DNA from: an uncultured virus (IMG/VR IMGVR_UViG_3300032334_001252)
Lineage: Duplodnaviria > Heunggongvirae > Uroviricota > Caudoviricetes
Reading direction: 5' to 3' (one strand)
DNA length: 64,000 nucleotides
IMG/VR virus record: IMGVR_UViG_3300032334_001252
The notes below the pieces were generated by a model. The model saw only the letters and a list, made by a program, of their open reading frames with translations. It did not search any database and was not told the origin of the DNA. Made by a program: the position numbers and the translations under genes. Of this stretch, positions 1-10,222 are shown piece by piece (within the stretch, counting starts at the first letter, position 1; each line of letters begins with the position of its first letter).

Positions 1-47
1 ACTAGATGCGGTAAGAGTAATTAATAACCCTAATATGATAATCCATT

Positions 48-584
48 TTAAAACGGTAGCCATAGCCAAATTCCTTGGCTCATTAATATGGCTCCAAGTA
101 TTCCCACTACAATACTAGATTTAAATAATCTATCATTAACTGCTAAAATACTTGCTGTTAATAGTACGATTGCAATTTGAAACAAACTTCCTGCATAAGT
201 ATAAAAAGGGCTACGTTGTTTTGCTACCTGACGATCGGCTTCTAAACTTCTAGCTTTAGTCATTAGTGCTTGTTTGCCTTCTTTAGGATCATTTTCATAT
301 CTATCAATTTTAGCAGTTAAAGCTACCACTTTTTTGTTATCGTGTGCACGATTAGCATCGTCTAATGCCATTTCTGCTAGTGTTTGTTTAATAGATTTTG
401 CCTGATAAAATGCCCAAATATTATTAGCATCAATAGTATTACTTAAAACTTTAGAACTATTACTACCACCCATAAGTGTATTAATGGCTAATAGTGCAGC
501 TAGTACAGTAATTACCCAACCTGCTTTGTCTTTAATTTGTGCTTCATGCTCACTACGTGTAAGTGGTTTAGTTGTTTCTGTCAT
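48..584 (-). CDS. DUF4337-like membrane protein at end of lysis cassette (possible holin/antiholin)
   Basis: Three hydrophobic segments; WAFYQAKSIKQ motif; downstream of endolysin. Confidence 0.6.
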   Translation of the reverse strand: MTETTKPLTRSEHEAQIKDKAGWVITVLAALLAINTLMGGSNSSKVLSNTIDANNIWAFYQAKSIKQTLAEMALDDANRAHDNKKVVALTAKIDRYENDPKEGKQALMTKARSLEADRQVAKQRSPFYTYAGSLFQIAIVLLTASILAVNDRLFKSSIVVGILGAILMSQGIWLWLPF

Positions 585-587
585 ATC

Positions 588-935
588 TTAATCCTTCATT
601 GGTCCAACTTTTTTCTGTATGCCTGCTCTATCTTCAAGAATAGCAATATGTGTTCTATTTTCCATGATAGCGTCACGATTCTTTTGAATTTCTTTTTCTA
701 AATCTTGACGTAGTTTTTCACGTGCCAATTCAGCACCACTGTTGCTGGCTTGTTTATTGTCCGTAGTTACTACTAAACTAACTTTTTGGTTTAAAATAGT
801 TACATCATGTTGAATAGAACCTAATGCTTGAATTAAATATCCAACCGAACCAACTAATAAAGGTAATAATGCAAATAGTAATTTCTCTATAAACGCACCT
901 TTTTCGTGTGCTTGTTCTACTGTTTTTTCTGCCAT
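588..935 (-). CDS. single-TM coiled-coil protein, holin candidate
   Basis: N-terminal TM (LLFALLPLLVGSVGYLI) followed by coiled coil; adjacent to endolysin. Confidence 0.45.
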   Translation of the reverse strand: MAEKTVEQAHEKGAFIEKLLFALLPLLVGSVGYLIQALGSIQHDVTILNQKVSLVVTTDNKQASNSGAELAREKLRQDLEKEIQKNRDAIMENRTHIAILEDRAGIQKKVGPMKD

Positions 936-936
936 A

Positions 937-1554
937 TTAAACTCCTAAAACGTGAAGTGCATGTTCATAGTGGCTAATACGATCTTCTAAACCAATGTAA
1001 CCACCGTTAATAGTTTTTGTCATGGCTTTAATATCGCCACGATCTGCTAGTGTGTTTAAATTAGCAGTTTCCCAGAACCAACAAGCTGATTGTGCCGCTC
1101 CTTCAAAAGTTTCCATATATTCGGAAGCTTCTTCAGGACTAACTAGTATAGATTCAGCAAACCAAGTATAGTTATCATGACCAGTTACTTGTATTAAACC
1201 ACGACCACAATACTTATAACCGTCACCCGACTCTTCACTACCATTACCCATACGATTAGCATATACTCTATTTGCTATGCGTTCAGGTTTGCCAGCATAT
1301 TGTGATGCCAGCGCCAAATCAGGAAAATATTTTGGAAATACTTTTAGTAAAGTAGCAGCACGATAGTTTAAGTTTTCTTTAATAAAAACAAACTCTCCAG
1401 ACTCGTGAGCACATTGTGCTAAAAAACTGGCAATACGTTGTGGAGTATTGATTTCGTAGTCTGGTAATAGTTGTTGTAATACATCAAACCAGTGCTGATG
1501 GTATTTATTTTTAGGAATTATTTGTTTTAATTGAGCTAGGGTTAGTTCAGTCAT
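937..1554 (-). CDS. glycoside hydrolase family 19 endolysin
   Basis: FLAQCAHES, ENLNY, YANRMGNG, GRGLIQVTG and TKTINGG motifs. Confidence 0.93.
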   Translation of the reverse strand: MTELTLAQLKQIIPKNKYHQHWFDVLQQLLPDYEINTPQRIASFLAQCAHESGEFVFIKENLNYRAATLLKVFPKYFPDLALASQYAGKPERIANRVYANRMGNGSEESGDGYKYCGRGLIQVTGHDNYTWFAESILVSPEEASEYMETFEGAAQSACWFWETANLNTLADRGDIKAMTKTINGGYIGLEDRISHYEHALHVLGV

Positions 1555-1814
1555 CGTAATTCCTCAAAAATTAATTTTTGTTCACGATACCATTGTTGCC
1601 AAGTATCTACTAGAACAGTACACTGATAATATTCAGTATAATTATTAACAACTACTTTAGTAGCATCAATAATAGAGCTATCTTTATCCATTAATTGTAG
1701 AGGCTTACAACTAGTTAATAGTTGCTCTGGCACTAATGGAAACTTTTGTTTAACTGGTACAGTTGTACTACAACCAGTTAATAATAAAATTAATACGATT
1801 AATAAGTATTTCAT
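1551..1814 (-). CDS. o-spanin (Rz1-like lipoprotein)
   Basis: Lipobox LLTGC, Pro/Cys-containing periplasmic part, overlaps i-spanin stop. Confidence 0.8.
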   Translation of the reverse strand: MKYLLIVLILLLTGCSTTVPVKQKFPLVPEQLLTSCKPLQLMDKDSSIIDATKVVVNNYTEYYQCTVLVDTWQQWYREQKLIFEELR

Positions 1815-2245
1815 GGTTTTGCTGCCTGATTAATTGTGTTAATTATTTCAGTTGGCAGTTTAGGGCAGTGCTCAATATATTTTACCACTTCATTATCTTT
1901 GACAACTTCACGGTCAATATACTTTACAATTTCATCGCCGCGCTCTTTAATAACTTGTTTTTTAACAAGTACTTTTTCTACTATTTTAGTATTGGTTTCT
2001 GCGCTTTTTGTTTCTAATTGTAATACTTTTTGCTGTAATTCTTGACTACGTTGAACCCAGGCATCATTGTCGTGTACTGCACCAACCATAAAAATACCAA
2101 ATACTATTGTGAATACGCTAGCGATTTTAATTACATCAGTATAAGGCAATAATTTTAATAATGTATTACTAAGTAAATAACCGACTATGCCTGTAAATAA
2201 TAATAAATAAAATAACCAATTAGGTAAAAATTGTAATATCCACAT
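1811..2245 (-). CDS. i-spanin (Rz-like)
   Basis: N-terminal TMs, coiled coil, C-terminal Cys; precedes the lipoprotein. Confidence 0.75.
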   Translation of the reverse strand: MWILQFLPNWLFYLLLFTGIVGYLLSNTLLKLLPYTDVIKIASVFTIVFGIFMVGAVHDNDAWVQRSQELQQKVLQLETKSAETNTKIVEKVLVKKQVIKERGDEIVKYIDREVVKDNEVVKYIEHCPKLPTEIINTINQAAKP

Positions 2246-2293
2246 TAACCATGTCCTTCAGCATATGTTGCTAAATACTGTAATATTTCCACT

Positions 2294-2980
2294 TCATATT
2301 TCTGGAAATAACTCTTTATGTATAAAATCATGTGCCATTTCCTCTGAAAAACCTAATCCTTTTAATACTCTAGGAGTATGTGGGTTTTGTTTTTGTTGTT
2401 GGCAATAATAATTCTGTTGATCAGTAAAATTATATTTAGCTACCTGATCATCATAGGTCATTGCAGGTCTGTGCGTTTTAATATTGTCTAAGTAGTATAT
2501 TAACGACTTTTTAGACAACTCCAATACAACGTCCAGCTCAAAATCTGTGTTAATATTTCCAGCTGCTACCATTTGTTTGCTAAAAATATTGCGTGCCCAT
2601 TCGGGCAATTCTCGTGGCTTAGACCACTGAGTAGGTTCTACTAGTTCTGCAAAGTATTTACATAATGGATGATCAGGATCGCCAATAGGACTAAAGTCTA
2701 AAAATGCTCCGGTTACCTTATTTGTGCCAGCTATAATATCAAAACCATATAGCGGTGCCGCATCATAAGTATGTGGAAATACACAAATGTGCATCATGTA
2801 CAATTTTTTAGTATCAATAGCGTCTATAATATCCATGTGTGCTCTGCGAAACCAAGCACACTGATATACTTTATTTATCCACGAATATTGATCACCACTA
2901 TCCAATAAAAAAGCACGCGTACTGATAATGCTTTCCATTTCTGTAGCGTGCTTTTTAAGTTTATTAAAGATTGTACTCAT
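2294..2980 (-). CDS. pcyX: ferredoxin-dependent bilin reductase (PcyX/PcyA-like)
   Basis: FRRAH, MHICVFP, PLYGFDIIAG, GAFLDFSP and RELPEWARNIFS motifs; coupled to heme oxygenase. Confidence 0.82.
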   Translation of the reverse strand: MSTIFNKLKKHATEMESIISTRAFLLDSGDQYSWINKVYQCAWFRRAHMDIIDAIDTKKLYMMHICVFPHTYDAAPLYGFDIIAGTNKVTGAFLDFSPIGDPDHPLCKYFAELVEPTQWSKPRELPEWARNIFSKQMVAAGNINTDFELDVVLELSKKSLIYYLDNIKTHRPAMTYDDQVAKYNFTDQQNYYCQQQKQNPHTPRVLKGLGFSEEMAHDFIHKELFPEI

Positions 2981-3485
2981 CTGCTATCCTGCTAAATAAT
3001 TTGATTGCAGATTCAAAAGCATAGTTTGCTTCTGGTGCCATTGAAATATCTAGTTTTGTTCTTAGTTTGTCTATCATTAATTTTCTGTTGTCAAATTGAT
3101 ACATTAAACCACTACCAGGTACTACTTTTTTAAGTATTTGACCGCCATATAGGTCGCCCATATGTTTGGTATATATGTGTGCCCATAAACCATTATCGTT
3201 CAACTGTTTAACATGATTACAGTATTCAGCCGTAGTATCAAAAAAGATTACAGGCTCATCCAGCTCTAATACGTCTTGCATAATCAACTCACTGCGAGCT
3301 AATCCTGGAATTTCACTCAATAAATGTTTAGCACAGTGTTCTAGTGTTTGATACTGTAGTAATTGATTTGCTAAAAAAGTAGTGTAGATACCACTAGTAA
3401 TATTACCACTTAGTAACAATTTAGTGAAACTATGTTGTTCGGCTAATACATGATTATGATTGGTCAGTTCTTTTAATGTAGTCAT
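2964..3485 (-). CDS. hemO: heme oxygenase
   Basis: LKELT..NH..AE proximal His helix; AHIYTKHMGDLYGGQIL distal helix. Confidence 0.88.
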   Translation of the reverse strand: MTTLKELTNHNHVLAEQHSFTKLLLSGNITSGIYTTFLANQLLQYQTLEHCAKHLLSEIPGLARSELIMQDVLELDEPVIFFDTTAEYCNHVKQLNDNGLWAHIYTKHMGDLYGGQILKKVVPGSGLMYQFDNRKLMIDKLRTKLDISMAPEANYAFESAIKLFSRIADEYNL

Positions 3486-4207
3486 TTTTCTAATACCATT
3501 ATTGGGCGAAATCTTTTTAAATCATTATTTGAGTTTACTATTTTATATTGATCGTATTCTGATTTATTAATCATATTAATATTAAAACCAATAATAATTC
3601 TGTCATCTTCACTATTATTAGGTAATGACTCATGTGGTAACCAACCAGGAAATATAATCATTTTTCCTGTTTCTGCTGACTCTACATACCTTGTTAATAC
3701 AGTAGGAAAATTAGTAAAATCATTAGCATACATGGTTTTTGCAATATATGCTGGATCTTGAAAACTTAAACCACCACAATTAGGTAATGCTTTAGCATAA
3801 AATACACCGCTTAATAATGTATTACTATGAACGTGTTGTGGAACAAATGCACCTTTTGGGTATATAGTTGTCCACATATTTTGTAGTGTAAGTAACTGAT
3901 CTTTATTGTTATTTTCAGGCTCTAGCATTTCCATTGCAAAATTTATAATAAATTTTGCAATATGATTCCACTCAGGACTATTAAATAAATCTTCAGTAGA
4001 ACAAAAACTAGTTATACCTTTTTCGTTAAAATCTTTTTGATCAGAACTCTTTTTACCAAAATTCCAGCTATCGGACACCAATCTGGCATCCTTAGCTGTA
4101 CTTTTATATTTATAGGCCAAATCACAAATAGATTGTGTAATTTGTATATTACTTACTACACCAGTAAATACTGGTGTAGCAAATAAATTTTTTATAAACT
4201 GTGACAA
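3482..4207 (-). CDS. TIGR02466-family putative 2OG-Fe(II) oxygenase
   Basis: LFATPV start, HVHSN..LSGVFY, IIFPGWLPH, RIIIGFN. Confidence 0.85.
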   Translation of the reverse strand: MSQFIKNLFATPVFTGVVSNIQITQSICDLAYKYKSTAKDARLVSDSWNFGKKSSDQKDFNEKGITSFCSTEDLFNSPEWNHIAKFIINFAMEMLEPENNNKDQLLTLQNMWTTIYPKGAFVPQHVHSNTLLSGVFYAKALPNCGGLSFQDPAYIAKTMYANDFTNFPTVLTRYVESAETGKMIIFPGWLPHESLPNNSEDDRIIIGFNINMINKSEYDQYKIVNSNNDLKRFRPIMVLEK

Positions 4208-4225
4208 TTATTTACCTTTGTGTTT

Positions 4226-4732
4226 TTATAAACTTGTGTTTGGAGAAGTACTATTAACTGTTGTAGGTGGTTGTGGCCACACAATTTGACTAGGATCAGT
4301 TACATCTTTAAAAGTTGTTGTCATAGCACGTAGTTGTTGTCTAAACGTAACCCATAATGCTTTTTCTGCAGCAGTTAATTTAGTGTCTGGAAGTTGTGTC
4401 CAATCACTTCTAATTAACATATCATCTCTACCTTTTCTAATCCACTCATTTATACGCTCTTCTTGCGTTAGTTGTACAACATCGAATTTACGGTGAACTA
4501 CACCACTAGGCTGCACTTCATATCCAGCTTCACCTACAATTCGTACAGTAGGTGGTTCAATATGAAATTCAAATAGTTTAAATCCGCTGTTTAAAATTAT
4601 TTCTTCTGTTATTTCATAGTCAAATTTATTTTGTCTAAAAGCTACTAAATTTTTAGCACTTTCTAAATTCATGGGGTGATCGGTGATCACCCCATTTTCG
4701 TCTACTTGTATATAAAATTTATCTTTATTCAT
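4226..4732 (-). CDS. tail fibre assembly chaperone
   Basis: C-terminal IR..RD..L..SDWTQLPD...W..FRQ.LR...WPQPP; directly after fibre gene. Confidence 0.85.
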   Translation of the reverse strand: MNKDKFYIQVDENGVITDHPMNLESAKNLVAFRQNKFDYEITEEIILNSGFKLFEFHIEPPTVRIVGEAGYEVQPSGVVHRKFDVVQLTQEERINEWIRKGRDDMLIRSDWTQLPDTKLTAAEKALWVTFRQQLRAMTTTFKDVTDPSQIVWPQPPTTVNSTSPNTSL

Positions 4733-4733
4733 A

Positions 4734-7700
4734 TTATCTATCGCCTGTATTTGTTGCTGGATAATTTCTACCGGGTCCCCAGATGATTCTTACACCACCT
4801 TGACCGCCGTTACCACCTGTACTACTATAGCTAAAACTCATGGTACCTGAACCGCCACCACCGCCACCATAGTTACCACCAGGAGAACTGCCAAAAGAAC
4901 CTTGTTCCATCATACCACTAAAAGGATTTTCACCATAGGTACCTCTTTCACCACCGCTACCGCCTTCGCCACCGCCATAACTAGAGTTACCACTATAAGG
5001 TGTATAGTTAAAATACCCGCTTGGTCCAGCTCCTAGTAAGCCTACACCGCCTCCGCCACTACTGCCAGCAAAACTAGAGTAATAGTCACCTGCTTGTCCA
5101 CCACCACCTGTTGGTGCAAAGTTACCAAATCTACTGCCTCCAGGAGCGTCGCCACCATTACCTGTATAGCCACCGGCTCCACCACCACCTTGATAGCTAT
5201 TAGAAAATCCGCCAGCACCACCACCATCACCTACATAACCACCACCAGCAAAACTGCGTTGATTAGGTCCACCAGTGTTACCTTGACCAGCTCCACCGCC
5301 ACCATAACCAGCTACTGTGCTAGAACTAATAAAGTAACTGGTGCCTCCATTAAATCCGCCAAAACTATATCTACTACCACCAGCACCTACTACTACAGTA
5401 TAGCCAGTACCAGGTGTAACAGGAATATTATTTTTCCAACCTAATCCAGCTCCACCGCCACCATTGTTAGACCAAATATAGGCACCAGCACCACCACCAC
5501 CAACAGCTACTGCACTTACAGTAGTAACTCTAGCTGGGGCAACCCAGGTAAATGTTCCACTACCAAAGTTTGTACCGTATAGTGTTTGACTAGTTGGTAC
5601 AGCTCCAATATCATACGTCCAAGTAAAAGCTCTAGTAACAGTTTGTCCAGCACTAACAGCTTGAATGGTAAAAGATACAGTACCTGCTGTTGTAGTACCA
5701 CCAATAGTTACTATACCATCACTACCTAGGCTACAACCGCTTGGTAAACTACCGCTAATTAAGCTATGTGTAGTACTAGCACCAGCTTTATTTACTGCTT
5801 GGAAATATGTTACTTGAGTATTAATATAGTTGCTAGTATTATACGTACTTCCAGTAAACTGAGGAAAATTACCGCTAGTAATAGTGCTTAATGGATACCA
5901 TGATTTTACTCCACTGCTAGTAATTTGTAGTAAACCTGTCTCACCTGGAGTAGCAGGTAGCCCGCTTGATCCAAATAAATCATCTACATATTTTTTAGTA
6001 GCTGCATGTAAGTCAATAGTAGGAGCACCACTTAATGTTAGTGCACCAGTCATTGTATCGCCAGCTTTATCTACTTTAGCAGCAACTGCAGTAGTATATG
6101 CACTTGTAATATTTGTAGTTGCTGTACTAATAGCTGTTGTAGTAGCAGTTGCGCGAGCACTGTCTTTACCATCTACATAAGTTTTTACTGCATACTCAGT
6201 TGGAATTGCAACATTACTAGCATCGGATAGTGTGGCATCACTTGAAAACTCATTAATAGTTTCACCAAGTTGAGCACCAATACTACCTAAACGCAAACTA
6301 CTTAAACCACTCAAATCAAATGCGCTAGCATTTAATGTAGCTTTACCAGTTGCTTGGTCAATTTTAAAATATTTACCTACTCTGTAGTTACCGTCTTGAT
6401 CAGTACTTACATAGAATACACGACCTGGGAATGTTTCAATAGTTTCATTACCTTGTGCAGCTGGTTGTGTTGGCGTATTTGGATAATTAGTTGTTGCAAC
6501 ACCACCAGTACCAATTGATAAGAAATCATGACCAGTTAAACGTGTTTGTGAATATTTAGTACGAATTGTTACTGCTGTACCATCAGCACTACCAGTTGGT
6601 TTTTCTTGTGATAATACTAATACAATTTCGCTATTTGTACTTGTCCACGTGCCGGTAGTACTTTGAATAACATAGCTGTATGTATCGCCGGTTAAACTAA
6701 TTGAACTACCAGGTTTTGGAAGACTGCTAAACCCTTTTGCAACTAAAACAAATCCACTTTGATTTGTTACAGCCGCTTTAGTATTACCAATTATATTTCC
6801 ACCAATTCGTAAGTTTTCACTAGTCTGAAAAGTACCACTAATATTTTTAACGTATAATTTATTAGCACTATACTGTACATTTAATACTGTGGCAGTTGCT
6901 CCACTTGTGTCTCCAGTAACAGTATCACCAACATTAATATTATTACCAGTATATGTAAATGGAATTACTCTACCAACAAGTGTACCTGTTATTGCAGTTT
7001 CTGTAACATCATATCCGCTTGAATATACACCATAAGTACCATAGCTATTATTACCGTTCAATGCACGAATATGTCCGCCGCCAGTAGTAGCATAACCAAA
7101 GTATGCATAGTAAGTAAAGCATGAAACAATTTCAGATTTACCGCCGTCTTTAACCCAGTATCCAACACCGTTATCTGTAATAATGGTATAACCATGAAAA
7201 ATCATAGTTTTAGCGCCAGTAGAGTGTATAGTACCATCTACTAATGCTCCAATACATCCTGCAGAAATTGCAGAACACTCTAAAACATATGGTGATTTTG
7301 TAGTTATAGGACTAGCAGGGTTAAATCCTACTACTACGCCTTTTGGTGTACTGGTTGATATATCGGCTGCAGTAGTTCCTACTTGCCAACCTGTCATACC
7401 AGTAAAAGTCATTTTATTTAAAATACTACCATTACTTAGTTGCCACATTGTAGCAGTAGTATTTGTAGTAACACCATCGTCACTTAAACCTGATTTAGGA
7501 GTAACAATTACAGTACGTTGATTATCTCCAACAACTGCTGTATTAGGAGGAACAACAATAGGTAATTGTTCTTGATAAGTTCCGGTTTTTACAAAAATTG
7601 TAGAAGTTTGACCTGCAGCAGCAGCTCGTTGGCAAGCATACTTAATACTAGCAAAAGGAGCAGCTAAATTTTTACCTTGATTAACATCGTCAACTCCATG

Positions 7701-9212
7701 TGGCGCTACATAGTATGTGTTAACACTTTGTGTTGCACCTAGCCAATCAATATTAATACCATTACTTGTAACTGTTAAACTTTGTCCAATATCTGCGGTT
7801 GTAACAACAGGTAGTACATCACTAGCACCAACTACAAATACAGTCCATTTAGTACCATTTAAATCGCTAGTAAAACTTGCTGTACTAGTATGGTCTATTA
7901 CTGCAATATATGCACTGCCTAAACTATCTTTAACAATATCGTCTTTTAGATAATCAGTACTTGCAGTCCAAGTGCCTCTCCAACGTATACCGCTGTTAAA
8001 CTTTTGCCAGTTACCAGCAGTTAAATTTGTTTCAAATACTGTACTAGCATGTGGAGTAATACAAATATAAGTATTACCACCATAAACAACTACTTCATCA
8101 ATACCGTACTGAGTACTAGTTGTCCAGTTGCCACGATTTTTAGTACCGTATACTAATTTATTCCAAGTAGCAGTTGTAGTAGGATTAACATTCTGATTGT
8201 CAGTAATAGCTTGAAATAACGATCCACCATAAGTAATTACATGACCAATTTTATAATTTGTGCTACTTGTCCAAACACCTTGATAACTGAATCCTTCAGT
8301 AAGTAAGTCCCAACTTGCTGTAGTAGTTGGTAATGTACCAGTTTGTGTTTGTTTACTACGATAACTATTTGAACCATAGCTAACAATATCATTTAAATAA
8401 TATGTAGTACCAGCACTATAAATACCTTGATAACCCACACCACCAATTAACAATTCCCAATTTGCAGTAACTGTTGGTAAGGTAGCGCTCTGTGTTTGTT
8501 TACTACGATAAAGGTTAGGGCCATAGGTAACTAAATCATTTAAATAGTATGTACTAGCACCATTATATGCACCTTGAAACTTACTACCGCCTATAAAAAT
8601 TTCCCATTTTGTAGTATCACTAGGTAAATTACCAGTAGTATTTGTTGTGGCACGATAAATATTTGGGCCATAGGCTACTAAATCATTAGGAACATAAGCA
8701 GTTGCATTATTGTAAATGCTTTTAGCACTTACACCTTCAACAAACTTATCCCAATATGTAGTAGCAGTAGGTAAATTACCTGTAGTATCCTGTTTAGCAA
8801 TATATGCACTACCACCATAAACAACTACGTCATTTTTTTGATATGCAGTAGCACTATTAAAAGTACCTTCATATTGAATACCGTCAGCAAATAAGGACCA
8901 ATATGTTGTATTAGGAGGAGTTTGTCCTGTACTGTCTAATACCGAAACATAAACTTTACCACCATAGGCAATACCGTCACCAACTTTATAAGCTGTAGTA
9001 GAACTAAATACACCTTTGAATTTAAAGCCTTCAATCATTAAGGCCCAGTAAGCTGTATTTGTTGGCAAATTACCGCTAGTTTTCAATGCATAAGTATAAA
9101 CATATACATTACCACCATACTTAACAATATCATTTGATTCGTAAGTTGTTGTGTTGCTCCAGTCACCAGCAAAACTGAAACGTAATTTTCCTAAATCAAT
9201 TAATTGGCTCAT
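4734..9212 (-). CDS. long tail fibre/spike (N-terminal aromatic repeats, central beta-helix-like region, Gly-rich tip)
   Basis: ~10 repeats of G.W/Y...T.Y..ND.V.YG...Y; YYVAP.G.D...G..LAAPFASI parallel beta-helix leader; Gly-rich C-terminus. Confidence 0.8.
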   Translation of the reverse strand: MSQLIDLGKLRFSFAGDWSNTTTYESNDIVKYGGNVYVYTYALKTSGNLPTNTAYWALMIEGFKFKGVFSSTTAYKVGDGIAYGGKVYVSVLDSTGQTPPNTTYWSLFADGIQYEGTFNSATAYQKNDVVVYGGSAYIAKQDTTGNLPTATTYWDKFVEGVSAKSIYNNATAYVPNDLVAYGPNIYRATTNTTGNLPSDTTKWEIFIGGSKFQGAYNGASTYYLNDLVTYGPNLYRSKQTQSATLPTVTANWELLIGGVGYQGIYSAGTTYYLNDIVSYGSNSYRSKQTQTGTLPTTTASWDLLTEGFSYQGVWTSSTNYKIGHVITYGGSLFQAITDNQNVNPTTTATWNKLVYGTKNRGNWTTSTQYGIDEVVVYGGNTYICITPHASTVFETNLTAGNWQKFNSGIRWRGTWTASTDYLKDDIVKDSLGSAYIAVIDHTSTASFTSDLNGTKWTVFVVGASDVLPVVTTADIGQSLTVTSNGINIDWLGATQSVNTYYVAPHGVDDVNQGKNLAAPFASIKYACQRAAAAGQTSTIFVKTGTYQEQLPIVVPPNTAVVGDNQRTVIVTPKSGLSDDGVTTNTTATMWQLSNGSILNKMTFTGMTGWQVGTTAADISTSTPKGVVVGFNPASPITTKSPYVLECSAISAGCIGALVDGTIHSTGAKTMIFHGYTIITDNGVGYWVKDGGKSEIVSCFTYYAYFGYATTGGGHIRALNGNNSYGTYGVYSSGYDVTETAITGTLVGRVIPFTYTGNNINVGDTVTGDTSGATATVLNVQYSANKLYVKNISGTFQTSENLRIGGNIIGNTKAAVTNQSGFVLVAKGFSSLPKPGSSISLTGDTYSYVIQSTTGTWTSTNSEIVLVLSQEKPTGSADGTAVTIRTKYSQTRLTGHDFLSIGTGGVATTNYPNTPTQPAAQGNETIETFPGRVFYVSTDQDGNYRVGKYFKIDQATGKATLNASAFDLSGLSSLRLGSIGAQLGETINEFSSDATLSDASNVAIPTEYAVKTYVDGKDSARATATTTAISTATTNITSAYTTAVAAKVDKAGDTMTGALTLSGAPTIDLHAATKKYVDDLFGSSGLPATPGETGLLQITSSGVKSWYPLSTITSGNFPQFTGSTYNTSNYINTQVTYFQAVNKAGASTTHSLISGSLPSGCSLGSDGIVTIGGTTTAGTVSFTIQAVSAGQTVTRAFTWTYDIGAVPTSQTLYGTNFGSGTFTWVAPARVTTVSAVAVGGGGAGAYIWSNNGGGGAGLGWKNNIPVTPGTGYTVVVGAGGSRYSFGGFNGGTSYFISSSTVAGYGGGGAGQGNTGGPNQRSFAGGGYVGDGGGAGGFSNSYQGGGGAGGYTGNGGDAPGGSRFGNFAPTGGGGQAGDYYSSFAGSSGGGGVGLLGAGPSGYFNYTPYSGNSSYGGGEGGSGGERGTYGENPFSGMMEQGSFGSSPGGNYGGGGGGSGTMSFSYSSTGGNGGQGGVRIIWGPGRNYPATNTGDR

Positions 9213-9446
9213 TTATACCATCCTCATTAATAAGTGTCCGTTGCTACCCCAATAAAACTGAATAGTATCTTTTGTCCACACCCATTGTTTGTAGTCGTAC
9301 TTATCAATAATATTATCTTGAGGCAAAGATATTGGGGTATCCCCGTCGTCTATAATTTCTATATTTAAATTTCCACTATCAGGATCTAAACGGAATCCAT
9401 AAAATACTTTATCAGCTAAATCCGTTCCTTCATAAAAGCCACCCAT
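9213..9446 (-). CDS. hypothetical virion-associated protein
   Basis: Tightly packed in fibre operon. Confidence 0.55.
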   Translation of the reverse strand: MGGFYEGTDLADKVFYGFRLDPDSGNLNIEIIDDGDTPISLPQDNIIDKYDYKQWVWTKDTIQFYWGSNGHLLMRMV

Positions 9447-9766
9447 TATGAAACTCCTTGTAGTATGGAAAAGACAACATCTATGCTACTATCTACTTTT
9501 GACGAAACGATTAATTTGTCGCTAGTTGCAAGTACAAGTTTGTTGCCTTTCATTAATTCGAATGGTTCACCACTCTCTATTCTTTTATCTTTGTGGATAT
9601 AGGTATCTACTCCACCTCTACGCATTTTAATTGTAATAGGAACTGTTGTAGATAACAAATTTGTAATACTACATCCAATCACAATTGATTTGTCTACTGC
9701 ACTAAAAGTCTCTACTTCAGTAGTACCTACAGCGCGCGAAATTGCATTTGTAAATGTTGTTGCCAT
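9446..9766 (-). CDS. hypothetical virion-associated protein
   Basis: Beta-rich, overlaps neighbour in fibre operon. Confidence 0.6.
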   Translation of the reverse strand: MATTFTNAISRAVGTTEVETFSAVDKSIVIGCSITNLLSTTVPITIKMRRGGVDTYIHKDKRIESGEPFELMKGNKLVLATSDKLIVSSKVDSSIDVVFSILQGVS

Positions 9767-9769
9767 ATG

Positions 9770-10210
9770 TTACCCCAGTGCAATTGCCATAACAATGGCT
9801 TTTTCTGTTGCTATTTGTTCGGTAAGTGCACTTCCGCCACCACCGCCACTTGACAATGAAGTTATAGCACCCTGACTATTTTTATAGTATAATACTCCGT
9901 CCGCAGTATTTAATGCTAGTTCACCGTCTTCTAAATCTGCAGGAGTAGGAATTTTTCCTGCTACGTTACTTCGTCTAACTTGTACTTTTAATTTTACGTC
10001 AACTGTAATTACAATTCTGGTGCCACCGCCAATGATTGCAATACCATTAGCATAGCTAGTACCAGGATTAGTGATAGTTATGATACCATTATTAATACTG
10101 ATCCTAGCATCGCCATTTCCACCGTTTACTACTATATCTGTTTGTCCATTAAAAGACGCAATAGTATCATATTGTACAGCGGAAGTAATTGGACCTGTCA
10201 ATGTTGTCAT
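9770..10210 (-). CDS. small fibre-associated protein
   Basis: RRS...GKIP...L..GELALNTADG.LYYK fibre-shoulder motif; ends MAIALG. Confidence 0.65.
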   Translation of the reverse strand: MTTLTGPITSAVQYDTIASFNGQTDIVVNGGNGDARISINNGIITITNPGTSYANGIAIIGGGTRIVITVDVKLKVQVRRSNVAGKIPTPADLEDGELALNTADGVLYYKNSQGAITSLSSGGGGGSALTEQIATEKAIVMAIALG

Positions 10211-10222
10211 AACTACCCTTTA

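Noticed and set aside
4734..5480. Gly-rich fibre tip as DGR target or tandem DNA repeat
   Set aside because: No template repeat or reverse transcriptase in the window; repetition reflects Gly codons
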